A DNA stretch of 62,510 nucleotides, filler included, from Polymyxa betae A26-41 (taxonomy: Eukaryota; Protista; Endomyxa: Phytomyxea), in assembly GCA_003693705.1 (NCBI GenBank). It is 4 parts of 4 records of this genome, joined end to end, with 100 filler letters (N's around TTAATTAATTAA, not from the genome) between each part and the next. Parts side by side here need not be neighbours in the genome. Positions count along the whole stretch, not along the records: positions 37,741 to 56,069 come from RBZT01000624.1; positions 56,170 to 62,510 come from RBZT01000164.1; 2 more parts are not named here. One strand, given 5' to 3'. The notes under the pieces are model-generated. The model was not told the DNA's origin, made no database searches, and was given only the letters and a program-made list of their open reading frames with translations. Position numbers and translations under genes: made by a program. This document shows, in pieces, positions 46,289-59,020 of this stretch. How positions within the stretch are numbered: the first letter of the stretch is position 1; each line of letters starts with the position of its first letter.

Positions 46289-48411
46289 TCAAAAGCAATC
46301 GTTTGTACCTGGGACGACGTCGACAAGAACAGGATCCCAGTCGCCATTGGCAGACTCAGTTGCTCTACCAAGATCCACAGATTCCAAGCTCGCCCTTCTG
46401 TTGGAAAAATCGGAGCAAAGCTGACCACCAGAAGAATATAATCTTAATCTTTGCAGTAGCTCATCGGGAACATCAGCACGCCTTTCACTTCGCATCATTC
46501 CCAGATACGGCAACGTCCAGCAAAAATCGTCATCAGCTGTATGTGTCGTTAGCAAACAGCAAATCCAACCGAAGAGTCGACTGTACATTGAAAAGGCAAA
46601 TGAGTGGATGTCCTTGCAAGCACCCGTGTTGAATTCGCCTGAGCATTGACGTGTCGCCCATACGGCGCCCGAATTGGCTATATCCATTGGTTAGCTCTGA
46701 AAGCTTGCTGAGAGAGAAAATAGCAGACCCTGAAGTGCGCCCGGGTCGATTGCGACCCACGCTTGGCAGCGATGTACGACCGCGATGCAATCGAGCTGGG
46801 ATACGGAGGCAAGCCTCGCTCATGCTGCCAAGGCATCTAGCCAGCATGTAAGTTATAAAGAGGGATGAACTGAAGGCATCGCTTACCTGCTGAGAGAGCG
46901 CCTCAGCAACACTCAATGACGATATCACGTCGCTTTGTATCTCGATTGATTCTGTGAGGAAGTCTAAACAGTTCTCCTGAGAAATTTCTTCAGAAAGCGT
47001 CGGATTGGGACTGCCTGAGGTTACATGCAGATATTGTACGCATGATGCATCATTTAATGTTGAGGACGCAAGAATGTCTTCAGGTTCGTTCATATCAGGT
47101 TTCGCATGAAGAATTCGTCCCAAAGCATGAAAAACAGAAATCGCTTCGTCACGAAACGCGCCCGTCTCAATTGCTGAAATGTTGCCGGTGCTCTACAGCC
47201 GCCTTTACTCATTGGCAACTTGATTGGATTCAGAATTACGTGCTTAAATTGTAGTTGATGGATTGCACTACGAATATCACCATTACTATTGGTGATGATG
47301 ACGTCAATCATATCCTCATCGATAGAAATGCATTCACCATCGATAACACGGCGAAGTGCTTTGCGCATGGCAGTTTCAGTAACCGCCCTAAAGCTAGATG
47401 ATGTCAGATGGCGATCGCGAGCTGCAAAGAAACAGCACTTCACTCATACTTGAGTAATCGAACACCGTTCTCACAGAAAAACGTTTTGCCAAAGATCCGC
47501 TCAGCATCGCTGTTGTTCTCGTGTGTTGACGTTAACACAAATACAATGGGCGATCTGAATTCCAATGTGTTGATAGCAACGCGCGTTTGCGTAATGAATA
47601 GCAATTACCTTGATAATCGGGATGCCTTCAGGCAAGAATTCCTGAACAGATTCAAGTCATCAGATCGGTCAAGATACGGAAGCTCTTCCAAGATGATCAG
47701 CTGTCGCTTGGATTCCGCAGCCAGCGAACGATAGCGTCGCGATCGAAGCAGGAAATCGACGAACGATTTCATGCGAGACTGGTCACCATAGCTTCCTAAA
47801 TAGTTGCCTACACGAGCTCATTTTAACATCTCACGAGCGACAAAACTCTGTCTAAGTAAAGGTTAAAACGAAAGCAATAAGCGAAAGAAAGTTGAAAAAT
47901 CCCGATACGAAACACTCGTTAGAAAATGCTAACGAGAGAAGTTCAAAACGCCAAAAACAATTGAACAGGTTGATAATCACCTGTCCATCCTGCTGTCTGA
48001 TCTCGTATGGAGGAATAATGAGATGATAATGTGATGGGGTCTGACCATTGGACAAGATGATAGCCCAGCTCAGCTGCCAATACTTCCAGGGCAGTGGACT
48101 TTCCAGCTCCAGGTGGCCCAATACATACCAGGACGCCGCTCCCTTCGTTCAGCCAGGTTCGCAGCTCATTCGCCTTCTTATTAGAAACACATAGGTCCCT
48201 CTATGCCAGCAGATGAATCTCCAGATTCGCTTATCAAACGAAAACGTACCGAGCGCCTAGGTCGATATCTCTCCGACCAAAGCTGGGTCGAACGATCCTG
48301 CTGAAGGCTGCCGCGGTTACGACGCTTGCAGAGGCGGCGGTCGTGGCCGAAATCGAGATCGTCGTCGTCGTCGAGGTCGGCCACGAGACAGAGACGACGA
48401 CGATTAGCCAT
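46289..48411 (-). CDS. RAD17: Cell-cycle checkpoint clamp-loader subunit Rad17/Rad24, multi-exon; 3' end uncertain
   Basis: LWSERYRP, Walker A GPPGAGKST, LIILEELP, NGDIRSAIHQLQF, LFHALGRILHAK and QENCLDF, separated by GT-AG introns. Confidence 0.9.
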
Positions 48412-48546
48412 TGGAGCTGCGGAGATTATGACAATTTTTTAGACAGCTGCCATTACAGCGTCTTGATTGTCTTTGATTATGGGGTGATGGGGTGATGGGG
48501 TGATAGCACCAGGTATTCGGAAGGTGGATGTTATAGACGCCGCTGG

Positions 48547-48616
48547 CTTGGAGCTCCTGTACATTGGCTGTTGCCAGCCGCCTTGGAGATCCTTGTCATT
48601 GGCTGTTTGCCAGCCG
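48547..48616 (-). promoter_or_regulatory. Tandem ~35-bp duplication with CCAAT boxes upstream of RAD17
   Basis: Two imperfect copies of CTTGGAG.TCC...CATTGGCTG.TTGCCAGCCG, 135-205 bp upstream of the RAD17 ATG. Reads CAGCCAATG on the sense strand. Confidence 0.4.
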
Positions 48617-50359
48617 GGAAAGATAATGCATAGCAGATTTTGAGATGTATGGCTTTATTGGTAGAAGTGAACAGAAGTGTTGCAGGCCTCGCCATTAGCG
48701 ACTCATAAACAGCAAAACAGAGTTCGGGATACCTTGGTTAGGGTTCTAGGGTTTGAATAACGCTGTGTAGACGGGATGAACTGAGTCCTCATTACAAAAT
48801 GACCATAGTCACCTCTCAAATCAGGGATATGTTTTAGTAACTTTAACCTCTGGTTACAGCCCAGTAGGAGCCACCCAACGGAAGTTTCAGCCCTATGATC
48901 AGGAAACGGTGATTACCACAGGCAAAAGTTTATTAGATATTTCGGAATCAAACCTCGTCTTAGAATCCGAATCCTCGATCTCGTCCTCTTCTTTAAACAA
49001 CGATGGCCCATTTTGGGACCTGGGGTCATCACAAACGGAACAATCGCATCTGGAAACATTTCGACAAAACAGAAAAAGCGTATCTGCAAGTAAAGTAGTT
49101 GGTACTCATTTGCGCCATTCGCCAAAGTCAACGAAAATAATTCCAGGCCTTTGGAAATGGTCTACAAGGTTGATGTGATGAGCAACCACTTACAAAAAAG
49201 CAAACAAGACCTTAATGAGCAGCCTGAGAAAACACAGTCTTTAACTAACTGAGGGGTGATTTCAGATGCATTTGAGACAGATTCGAGAGCACAAACTGCT
49301 TCAATTCTATCTAACAGTGAACATACATGTCCTCCTCCGGGAACAGGGACGTCCTGTGCTCGTTCGATTTGCAGAGAGTCAGTGAGTTCGTGGTAGACGA
49401 GTGACCTTCGTAAAATGGGATCATGAAAACAGAAATTTGTAAGCGCCTGATTCACCTCTAAATACTGATGTCGTTGCTGCGCTTCAAGAGGATATTTGGC
49501 AACAAGCTCGTCCCAATCGCATTGTCACATTCTTCTCCTTATGGGCCAATGCCGCTGAAGCTCAGCAGGCATACGTCCAGAAATGATATTATTATTGCAC
49601 TAATCTATGTTTGAATTTAGTGATCAACCCTAATGTATTCAATATTGTAATATTGTGATGTGACCAGACCATAACGTCTTTGTGAAACCTGCTCTTCAAG
49701 CAAATAAGTTACCTTTCTTAGATGCTTGTCTTGACGGCATTCAATAATCTAATATTAGGGTTATTTTGCAAAAATCGGTCAAATAAAAAATTCTGCCATT
49801 GATTTATTGATATTGTTCAAGAACGATGCTGAACGGCAACTGGTATCCAATTTCACATTGCAAATACTTCTCCCAGGAATCGATAATGTGAATATCAGGT
49901 TGGGAACAGTTTAATCGCCAATGAATGATGCATGGTTAGGGTTCATTGAATGCCTCTTATCGATATGAGTTTCTCAATCTTTTCTTTAACGGGACCAATC
50001 GATGCAGACAAACCCTTTTCGGAACCTTATCCTAGGGTCAAGCAATGTAGGAGTTGAATACACTATCAATCCTGGCTTTCAAATCAGTCCCGCCATGTAT
50101 GTCGCGTCCATTTCCCCAACAGGTAACCGGGATCGCATTGCCCTTTCTGTTTCGTTAATCAAGAGCTGATTTGGATTCGCTTCGTGATTATCTTCGTCCT
50201 TGAATTGAACTCGATTGGCGGATCTTGCAAATGTTGTGGTTTAAAGGTCGCGCGCTAAATCCGACACTACAGGGTCGCATCATTTCGCTTTTCAAGCGCT
50301 TTATTTTTTGTGCGCGAAGCCATGTCTCGCACATTTTTAGTGTTACATCCCATTTTCAA

Positions 50360-51693
50360 ATGAGGCTCCCCCTTGTTGGAATTGTGCTCTTCATCGTTGT
50401 GGTTGTGGCATCCAACGAAGCGAAACCCATGGCACCAGGCGGCACCATTCTGACACCCGATGAGCTCAATCACCTCGTCTGCGGTGCCATTGCCGGTCAA
50501 GCAGAACAGGATTTGCACCTGCGACTCGGACTGATGACGTTTCGTAGGCGGCGTTGCTCGTCTGTTTGTCGCTCCTCTCGACCTAATCAAGATCCGGTAG
50601 AGCCGCTGATTTTTATGGAAGGGCTCGGTTTGATTTTTCTGGATAAGTTTTCAAATTCAAGATAAATCGGCGCCGGCCCAGTACTCCGGCATCGTCCAAT
50701 CAATTCGTCGAATTCTGGCGACAGAAGGCATCCGAGCCTTCTGGAAGGGGAACCTCTCAGCCGAACTGATGGTGGTCCCTTATGTTGCGATCCAATTTGC
50801 AACTTTCCACCTCTCTCATCGTCACTTGATTGAACTAGCGCCGCAACTCCCATCTCCAGTATACGATCTTGCTTCTGGATCTGTCGCTGGAATAACAGCT
50901 ACAACCTGCGTCGTATGTGTTTTTTTCTTACCATTTTCGAGCTTTCCTCGGAATTTTGTTGGATGATTCTGCCAGTTCTAAATATATTGTCTGTTAGTAT
51001 CCGCTGGATCTTATTCGTACTCGAATGGCGGCCCAACAGATGAGAAGGGCGAAGTTTACTGAAACGATTCGTCAATCCTGGGCAGTCGGTGGAGTTCGGG
51101 AGCTATACAGAGGATTGTGGCCTACTCTAGCCGGTATCATACCATATGCTGCCTTGCAGTTCGGTTTATATGGGCAATTTAATGAGATCGGCAAGGTTTC
51201 TAGTTAGCTGCTAATTATAATGACAACGAAAAATGCTCTCATTTCAGAATTTTTTCAAGGAGAAGTCAGCTGAAAATATTGGCGTGATACATTTCTGGTC
51301 AGGATTTTTTGGTGGTCTCGGTAGCAAGCTGTTGACGATGCCGTTTGATGTCATCAAAAAAAGAATGCAAGGTTGATATGAAATTGGAGCCAAAATTGGA
51401 TTCTAATCGTATCATAGTGTCGGGATATCAATGGAGATCTGATCAGAGTCTCGGATCGGGAAAGATCTCAGGCGGAGTGATCAACTGCGGCTTACAAATA
51501 GCAAGAAAAGAAGGTTTTCCTGCACTGTACAAAGGTTGTTCCGCCAGCTTGTTGAAGTCTGGACCAAACAGGTCAGTCTGCCTTTGTCGCAAACTTCGCA
51601 TATTGACATGTACTCAGCGCAATTACATTTTTCACTTTTGAGCTGTGCCGAAAGTGGCTTCGGCCAAAGGAAGGAGGCAAAATATCCGATTGA
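50360..51693 (+). CDS. SLC25A19: Mitochondrial carrier family protein, thiamine pyrophosphate carrier (TPC1)-like, multi-exon
   Basis: Three carrier signatures PLDLIKIR, PLDLIRTR and PFDVIKKR. FWKGNLSAELMVVPYVAIQF resembles the TPC1 subfamily. In-frame ATGs at 50360 and 50429. Confidence 0.85.
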
Positions 51694-51789
51694 GTTTCTA
51701 TCTTGCAATTATACAATGGAAAGAATTAATACAATGGATTATAATTACATGGGAGGATTGTTTTCATTGGTCTTTGACTCTTTGGGCAT

Positions 51790-52827
51790 TCAGACGGAGA
51801 CCTCAGGAACTATCCACTCGGGTATGACTCGCAGCACCACGACTCCACCTTCATCTTCACGTTCGAGTTCGCGTCGAAGAGTGGGAGTCATCTTCAAGGT
51901 GGGATTCACGTCACGGGTGTACCGCACCAGCATATCCCTCTTCACCCCCATCAGCGTCTCCGGAACTATGACCATCGAACTGTCTCTCAGAAGGAGAACT
52001 TCCCCGAGCAACGCCAGGGAGTGAGTATCCATCGTCTCCACCACTCGCTCTATCACCCACTCGTCGATATCCACGTCCAACTTCACAAACGAATCGAAGA
52101 ATACGGAATGCCAGCCATGGGCCTCCAGGATGACACGGGCAAAATCACACCTCTCCCATTTCCGAGAGAACGCTAGCAATACTCCCGTTATTGGGCGGAC
52201 GTGGTGTGGGTAACCCGGCGCTCTACCTAGGAAGCAATTACCGAGATTCTCCACCAGATCAATAATCTCCTCCCTAGTGAGAGGATTCCGAAGACTGTCA
52301 CACAGGTTTGTCGCGAGATCCTCTGCGCTAATCCTCGATTGCGTGAAGACGTTGTAGCGATCTCTCGTGGGGTCACCCAGTTCAGAGTCGAATTCCCACA
52401 GCGAGCGATAGGCCAAATCCACACCCTCGTACTCTTCGGGAGGATGATACCACTTGGGAGCAAACACTGCATGGTAAACTCCTTTCTCTTCGATCTCTTT
52501 CCACACTACTTCTGGAATGTCCACCTTCAGATCATCTCTGATGTTGAACGTCCACTTCTCTAGCCTTCTGTAGAGATAGTGCTCCACGGAGAGCTTGAAT
52601 GGGGTAATACAAACGTCGCCGTGAACCAAAGTGTTCCAGGGCAGTCCTTCCATCAATACATCGTAGAGATGCGGCGAGTCTATCTTGGGGAATTCGTCCT
52701 CAATAGAATCGCAGATCATCCTACCCAATCCCATGAGATGCCTGAAGAGTCTCAGACTGCCCATGAGTATCGACGCGAGCACCAGCGCTTCACACTCAAA
52801 GCATGTTTTACGGGGTCGCCATCTCAC
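51790..52827 (-). CDS. Orphan intronless hypothetical protein (345 aa); upstream frames to ~53220 suggest a longer, frameshifted gene
   Basis: Long open frame with natural E/W/D-rich composition; no recognisable motif. Confidence 0.45.
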   Translation of the reverse strand: MRWRPRKTCFECEALVLASILMGSLRLFRHLMGLGRMICDSIEDEFPKIDSPHLYDVLMEGLPWNTLVHGDVCITPFKLSVEHYLYRRLEKWTFNIRDDLKVDIPEVVWKEIEEKGVYHAVFAPKWYHPPEEYEGVDLAYRSLWEFDSELGDPTRDRYNVFTQSRISAEDLATNLCDSLRNPLTREEIIDLVENLGNCFLGRAPGYPHHVRPITGVLLAFSRKWERCDFARVILEAHGWHSVFFDSFVKLDVDIDEWVIERVVETMDTHSLALLGEVLLLRDSSMVIVPETLMGVKRDMLVRYTRDVNPTLKMTPTLRRELEREDEGGVVVLRVIPEWIVPEVSV

Positions 52828-53828
52828 CCCCGTAGTCGGACATCAAAGGCGGAGCTAAGCGCCTCAGCTGCGCACAAGCCTCCTCTCTGTATTGTGGATG
52901 TGCTAGCGCCATCTCGTAAGAAACCGCCAGCGTCGAGTAGCTGATCGGGACTTCCACTCTTGTCAGGTGCTGGAATTCTCCGCGCTGATTGTACTTTCCC
53001 GGGAGACGATATCCATTCCAACACTGCCTGAAGTGATCCACCGACGTACACGTTTCCAGGGCTGCCACTGGGAGCGACTGGAAAATCGAATCCATCGGGA
53101 ATACACGGAGTGAAAACCACACCTCTCGCGATCGACAACATTTCTTTCCAACGTGGTGCTAGGATCCATCCACCCTGAGGCGACACGGGACACGTCCAGC
53201 TCTTTGTATGTCTGGCGCACAATTAAAAATCCACCAACGATCAGGCCGCGCCACGCAGCTTTCGGCTCATAAAATTCTCAATGGAATCAAGCCAAATAAC
53301 AAAATCAGCTTTTTTTTCGAATGAAAAAAATCCGTTTGGACTTTGGATACTCTGACTACGAACAGAGTTCAGATGAATCATTAACTCATTCCAATCATTG
53401 AGCGAATCAATTCATAACGAGCAGCGGAAATGTTCAGAGCGTGAAAGTCTATATTTGACCTCCGGATGCTCCGCTGCAATGTGTCTTCGTAAAGTTTCTT
53501 TTCTTTATACGAATACTATTTCTCGCAATGCTCGCAATTCAAACGCTGTGCTGAGTGCGTTTCTGAACGGCGATTGAGTGTATATGCCCGAAGAAACTCT
53601 TTCGAGCTTATAAGGCACACAAAACGATCATTAATACTATGCTGGGAACGGAGGACGAGATGAGAGTGGGTCGACTCGTTCGTTAAAAGAACAGGTTAAA
53701 ATCGGCTCCGAATAAGATCCCTTGGTACATACGTAGGTACTGTACAGTTGAGAGTACAGTAACGGTGGAAGTAACCCCCTATAAAGCGAAAGTGCGTGAG
53801 AAAACTACGTGGCGCGGCCTGGTCGTAT

Positions 53829-56069
53829 GGGCCTACAGAAAAAGGTAGACAGGCAAAAGGTAGACAGGCAGAGAAATGCGAGGGTGTCTACCTCTTCCTG
53901 TCTAACTTTTTAATGGTGGGCTACAGAATTAGGTAGACAGGCTTGACACTGGCGCAAAAACCCTAGGTAGACAGGCTGAGCGCAGCCTCCCGACAATTGT
54001 ATGGTGGGCTGCGCTTGCTAGACACTAACTATTTTAGCGAACTACTAGACAGTCTAGCTTAGGATAATACTTTCAGCTGTATATTCTCATGCTGTATTCA
54101 TTGTGCATCTGACTATGTGCATTCTCGTTACATTGTGTCGCTGCTTTTGGTATACACCAAGTAATATGACCACTTCCGGAACGAGAGATCCGTGTCAACA
54201 TGTGTCGCTCTTCCTTGATTGTGAAGATCATCGAAATAATAGTATCCACCAGATATTCGTCCGTTCAATCGCTGAACATGGGTGGTGAAGTGACTGCCTT
54301 CTTGACTGGTTGAACTAATTCTTCCAGTGAGTATCCAATCATTGTCGTTGACTCTGATTCTCTGAGGGCAATTAATTTTGCCCGAATCGATGGTACCCAA
54401 TCGTTTTTCCATCTGATCATCACTCTGTCCAAGCTCAATGAACAAGACATTAGATGGAAGATTTACAATCTTGATGTACTCATCAAGCTCCTGGTTAACG
54501 TTCAGTTACATAGCGACAACGGGGCAAGTTTCAAATTTAAGTGTATATTCACCTCATTGCATCCTTCATCCTAGTCTGAACTGAGCACCTTCCGAACCTG
54601 CTAGCTTTTCAAGAATTGTCTGCAAAGACATTGATCCGCTGCTGGCAATCATACTATCCGTGATGCGCTGTATGACACTTAGTCGCTAGCAATATCGTTG
54701 GGGTTTGTTGTTTTACCAAAAATGGCCAATTCAGATCAACGACCTTCAAAACGTGTCCGTTCGAACAGATCAAGCTTTTCTATCATTGTAATTACCAACC
54801 AGGCCAACATGTACGCATATATGTACCTGTGCTTTAGAAATCACACTGGGCTGCAAAACGGCCGGAACGTCTTGCAATATATGATACAAAGCCTCGAAAG
54901 GATTCCCATACTGCCCAGGAGCAAATAAGTTTCGTTCAAAAATGATCCAGTTTGCGATCAAGTCGCGGCCACGATTGAGTTCTTTGGTCAAAACTGCGCC
55001 TTCCTTTGCTGATTTTTTTTTCTCTTAAATGCAGATGATCAAGAAGTTTGACGAAAATACTCTTCCCGTCAAAACCTATATAGGGTGGGTACATTTTCGC
55101 CGGTCCATAACAGACGGATGTTACCTGCTGTCGGTAACTGTATGCGTGTTAATGACGCGCTTAACATTTCAAGTAACGCAGTTATGTAACAGGTGTTGTT
55201 AAAGTGGCTGTACGATTGATAAGTGGTCAAGGGACATTTTGCAATATTCTTGGCCCCTCTGGGTCGTCCTGCTTTCTTTGCTGCTTTTTTGGGTGGTTCA
55301 TCAAGCAGACTTTCAGTAGTATCTGGAGGGCGACCATCGTTTTCAAAAGCAGTTTTCCGTTTGTATCGGTCTGGACGTGAGATACCATGCTTTNNNNNNN
55401 NNNNNNNNNNNNNNNNNNNNNNNNNNNNNNNNNNNNNNNNNNNNNNNNNNNNNNNNNNNNNNNNNNNNNNNNNNNNNNNNNNNNNNNNNNNNNNNNNNNN
55501 NNNNNNNNNNNNNNNNNNNNNNNNNNNNNNNNNNNGATAGTATAGAGAATGCATTGACTCGATTGGATTAGAATCAGATCTTCCTTTCTCGCCGAAACTT
55601 CGATCCAAATGGGTTTGATGTGATTTGAAGATTAACTTCGCAACACTTTCTTTCAACCACCATTGAAACCATAGCCGGGCTTTGGGATAACGGTCCTGTT
55701 TTACCGACATTCTCAGATGACAATGTGGTTGGCATTTCAAGTACGTACATGCAGAATCAGAATACACTCATTAAATGCCTCAAGCATAGGTTCCTTCACT
55801 GCTTTCATAACAAGATTCATGAACTGACCGTTGTCGTCACGGCTTACGATGGCATAGTTTCGGCTAATCCTCTTTGCAGAGCAAACGAAATGAACTTGAC
55901 ATCCTTTCATCAGGGATTCCGCCTTCAACTTAAGGGAAGTGAGATCGCACATGACATTATTAACACACATGAATCTGGACGTAACCAACACAAAGGCGTC
56001 GATAAAACCTTCTCTCTGTGCTTGAGAGAAATCCATCACTGTTCCACAGGCTTTGTAATATAGAGCAAG
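53829..56069 (-). mobile_element. Mutator-like (CxxH DDE) element with a USP-like cysteine protease; left terminus repeat-rich, runs into the gap
   Basis: AGGTAGACAGGC four times and GG(C)CTACAGAA twice at 53829-53976. Transposase motifs MDFSQAQREGF, KGCQVHF, WFQWW, SNPIESMH and NDGRPPDT. Protease motifs NNTCYITALLEML and GSHFTTHV...YYYFDDL. Confidence 0.7.
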
Positions 56070-56169
56070 NNNNNNNNNNNNNNNNNNNNNNNNNNNNNNN
56101 NNNNNNNNNNNNNTTAATTAATTAANNNNNNNNNNNNNNNNNNNNNNNNNNNNNNNNNNNNNNNNNNNN
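56070..56169. other. Artificial contig-join spacer
   Basis: N run with TTAATTAATTAA. Confidence 0.97.
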
Positions 56170-56737
56170 TCTGTGCTTGACAGTCACGGACATGCGTCAC
56201 GGACCGCGGAACATCCCTGGAAGAATTACAGTTTGATTTAATTACCATTACGATTTTACAGCACTAACTCCAACGACTATCACGTTTTACTAGAAGTGCT
56301 ATACTTTTTAGTTTCGATCTCGTTTCAAAGCCATTCATGTGGATCTTTAGATGATTGCTGAGTTCAAAGAGCTCCTGGTTACGGTTTCAATGAGGAGCAT
56401 TTAAAAAATCGTGTCAAAAACACTCTGAGAGAATTAAACACTGGTACTTCGAACAAAGCGGAATGAGACAAAGCAACTCTGCAAAGCGGTGGATGATATA
56501 TGGGCTGGAACGGGTTGAATGTCAGCAGATCTTCAACTTCTACACACATGTTATTTAAGCATCGCGAATTGGCAAACAATAACGGAAATACTGTAATACC
56601 AATGGAGTCAAAATCGCAATCGCTATTGTTCATCTGCATGAGCCCATCATTCTGCAATAGATGGTGATTTTGTCCTGAAGAATGCTCATGGGACGATTAC
56701 AGCTGGTTTTCGGAAAAGTCTCTCTGTCCGGCTGTTC

Positions 56738-59020
56738 TAGGGCTCCGATCTAATCGAATCAGATTCGAGCTTTTGTATGAAGATGCCTAAAATCAAATAT
56801 ACAGCAGAGAAGTAGAGTAAAAATGGGAGTTTATTTCAGGTATTGGTTTCCGAACATCAACGCAGATATGGTTTCTTGATTGAGCGCGCTGCGTCGGATG
56901 CCAATCACGTCGCGTCCAAAATTGGATACTCGCTCCATGCTGACAGAAGATCCTGGAATCAACAGAATCTCTTTTGCAACAGAGCCCAGGACTGGGAGCT
57001 GCGGGACGTTAGATTGCCACCACTGTGAAGGATCAATGGAACATAATTCCACAGGCAAATTCAAATATTCATCGGTTTTGTCAGAATTATTGCCTGAGGA
57101 ATTGTGTTGAAACATTTTCGAAAACAACTTAGAGTGCGGCTGATTTCATGGAATGCATTCGTTGTTGCTCCTGCGGACGGTTGTTTGGCGGTGACCATGT
57201 CTCGGATTATCACAACAGTCTTATCTACGATCCCGTATAGAGGCGATGGAATTGTCTGTCGATCAAATATTTTGCTTTAAATCTCGGGTCCAATATCACG
57301 GCAGCAAGGTAAAAAGAAGAATCATCGGAAAACTCGTTGTATTTTGACAATACAGAATGCGATCGTGTAAGCGCAACTGTAACAACGTCTTGAACATTTT
57401 CTTGCTTCATAACGCTTTCAATATAAGAGAACAGTTCTATAGAAGCAGGCATTACCATCGATAAAGTTATTTACTTTGAGCCGGAAAGAAGTTTAGTTGC
57501 CTCTTCGAAAATCCCCAAATGTTCCACAATTTGCAGAATAATTTCCCTGTAATTTCAAGAATCCTAACGATATTTTCCAACTATAGGGTCGGTCCCAAGC
57601 AAATTTTTGAAACCTCGCTTCTGACGCAACAAGCGTTCTAACATGCAATATGTGGAATTCCACCGTGTTGGAACGTCCACTATCATGTGGAGAGATTCAA
57701 TATTTGCTGCTTTACATTGCAACATATATGATTTCTTTTGCGAAGGGCTGGAGCGTAATGTTTTGATCGCAAAGCGAATTCGATGTAGAAGTCTAGAGAT
57801 GTCAACAGTGTCTCGTTGGTCTGGAGGATTATCTTAGAGGATACCATGATCACTTGGCTGGAATTCAGACAGAAAAACCTTGCAGGCCAAATTAATCACA
57901 TGCGGAAAGCATCGAATTCGAGATTGGATTGCATCCCAGAATTCTGATTTGCCGAATAAATTAGCGATCAGTATTATATCGCTCATTAAAAACCTCGGAT
58001 AATGCAATGCAGACGGTGTTTTTTGTTGGTCGCATTGTCAGCAGTGATGCATCCGATCTTGTCAGGTTATTGTGCAGAGCTTCAAACACTACTGCAGCCA
58101 TGCCTTCACCAGAGTGATCGCAGAGATCATCGAAACTGAGCAATTCCTCACACAGTTGCCAATCTTTGTCGATGAACGTGCATGTGATTGCAAGAAAATT
58201 GCAGCAGTTTCTCGATGTCCAAGCGTCCAGTGCAAGATGAATTTTTGCAGCCCCAGAACTTTGAAGCCTTTCAATTAGAGACCCTTTGAACATGGCAACG
58301 TGATTGATAACTCCATCTTTCATGGCGTCGGCTTTCGGTATGAAGACATCTTTCTTGGTGCAGTTCAAACAGACTTTCAGTAATGTCAGGAACGTTTCCG
58401 AAGAGACAGATCCCTTAGATTTCCAGTAGGACATGTTGCTCTCCCACCTCTAACTGCAATGCTTTCAAGAAAAGGTTGCCTTATCGGCTTCCTCATCGAC
58501 TAACTTGTCAATGTGATTCCAAACCTTTCCGACCGGCGTATAGATAGTTTTATCCCAATTGCCTTCCAAGAGCACTGTGTTTTGCTTGTCTCCAGGAGTG
58601 ATTATTGCAGCCTCTGAGCCATCTACTGTATCTGCATCGGAATCAGCTTCACCATCAGCTCCTCCTCGACGTTTGAGATCGACAACATCGGCTGGGAACG
58701 CCTTGCAGATGCGTTGTCGACTGCTCGCGTAGCGGAGTCCTTGGCGCCCGAGGAAGCCTGGCGTCCGGCGCGGGACCGGGCCCTCGCCGCTGACACTGCC
58801 ATCTCTGGCGACTCAGCTTCACAGCCTTCCCAGAAGCGGCCATATCGACAATAAGGTTCCCTCACGGACTCCGTAAAAATTTCCCGCACAAAATTCAAAC
58901 AAAAACATTTTATAAAATCTTCGAATCATCGAATCGAATCAGGGGGTCGGCTCGAGGCTCGATTCGTCGAATCAAAAGCGCGCGAATCCTCGAGCAGATT
59001 CGGGCCCTATCGGAGCCCTA
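56738..59020 (-). mobile_element. hAT DNA transposon (2283 bp) with both TIRs and a perfect 8-bp TSD
   Basis: TIR TAGGGCTCCGAT at 56738-56749 and 59009-59020. TSD GGCTGTTC at 56730-56737 and 59021-59028. CGAATC subterminal repeats. Confidence 0.96.
56831..58802 (-). pseudogene. hAT (Ac-like) transposase, frameshifted
   Basis: LALDAWTS, IRCFPHVINLAC, DVPTRWNST, AVILDPRFK, and hATC WWQ.....PVL..VAKEIL.IPGSSVSMER...RRSAL..ETISALM. Confidence 0.92.
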
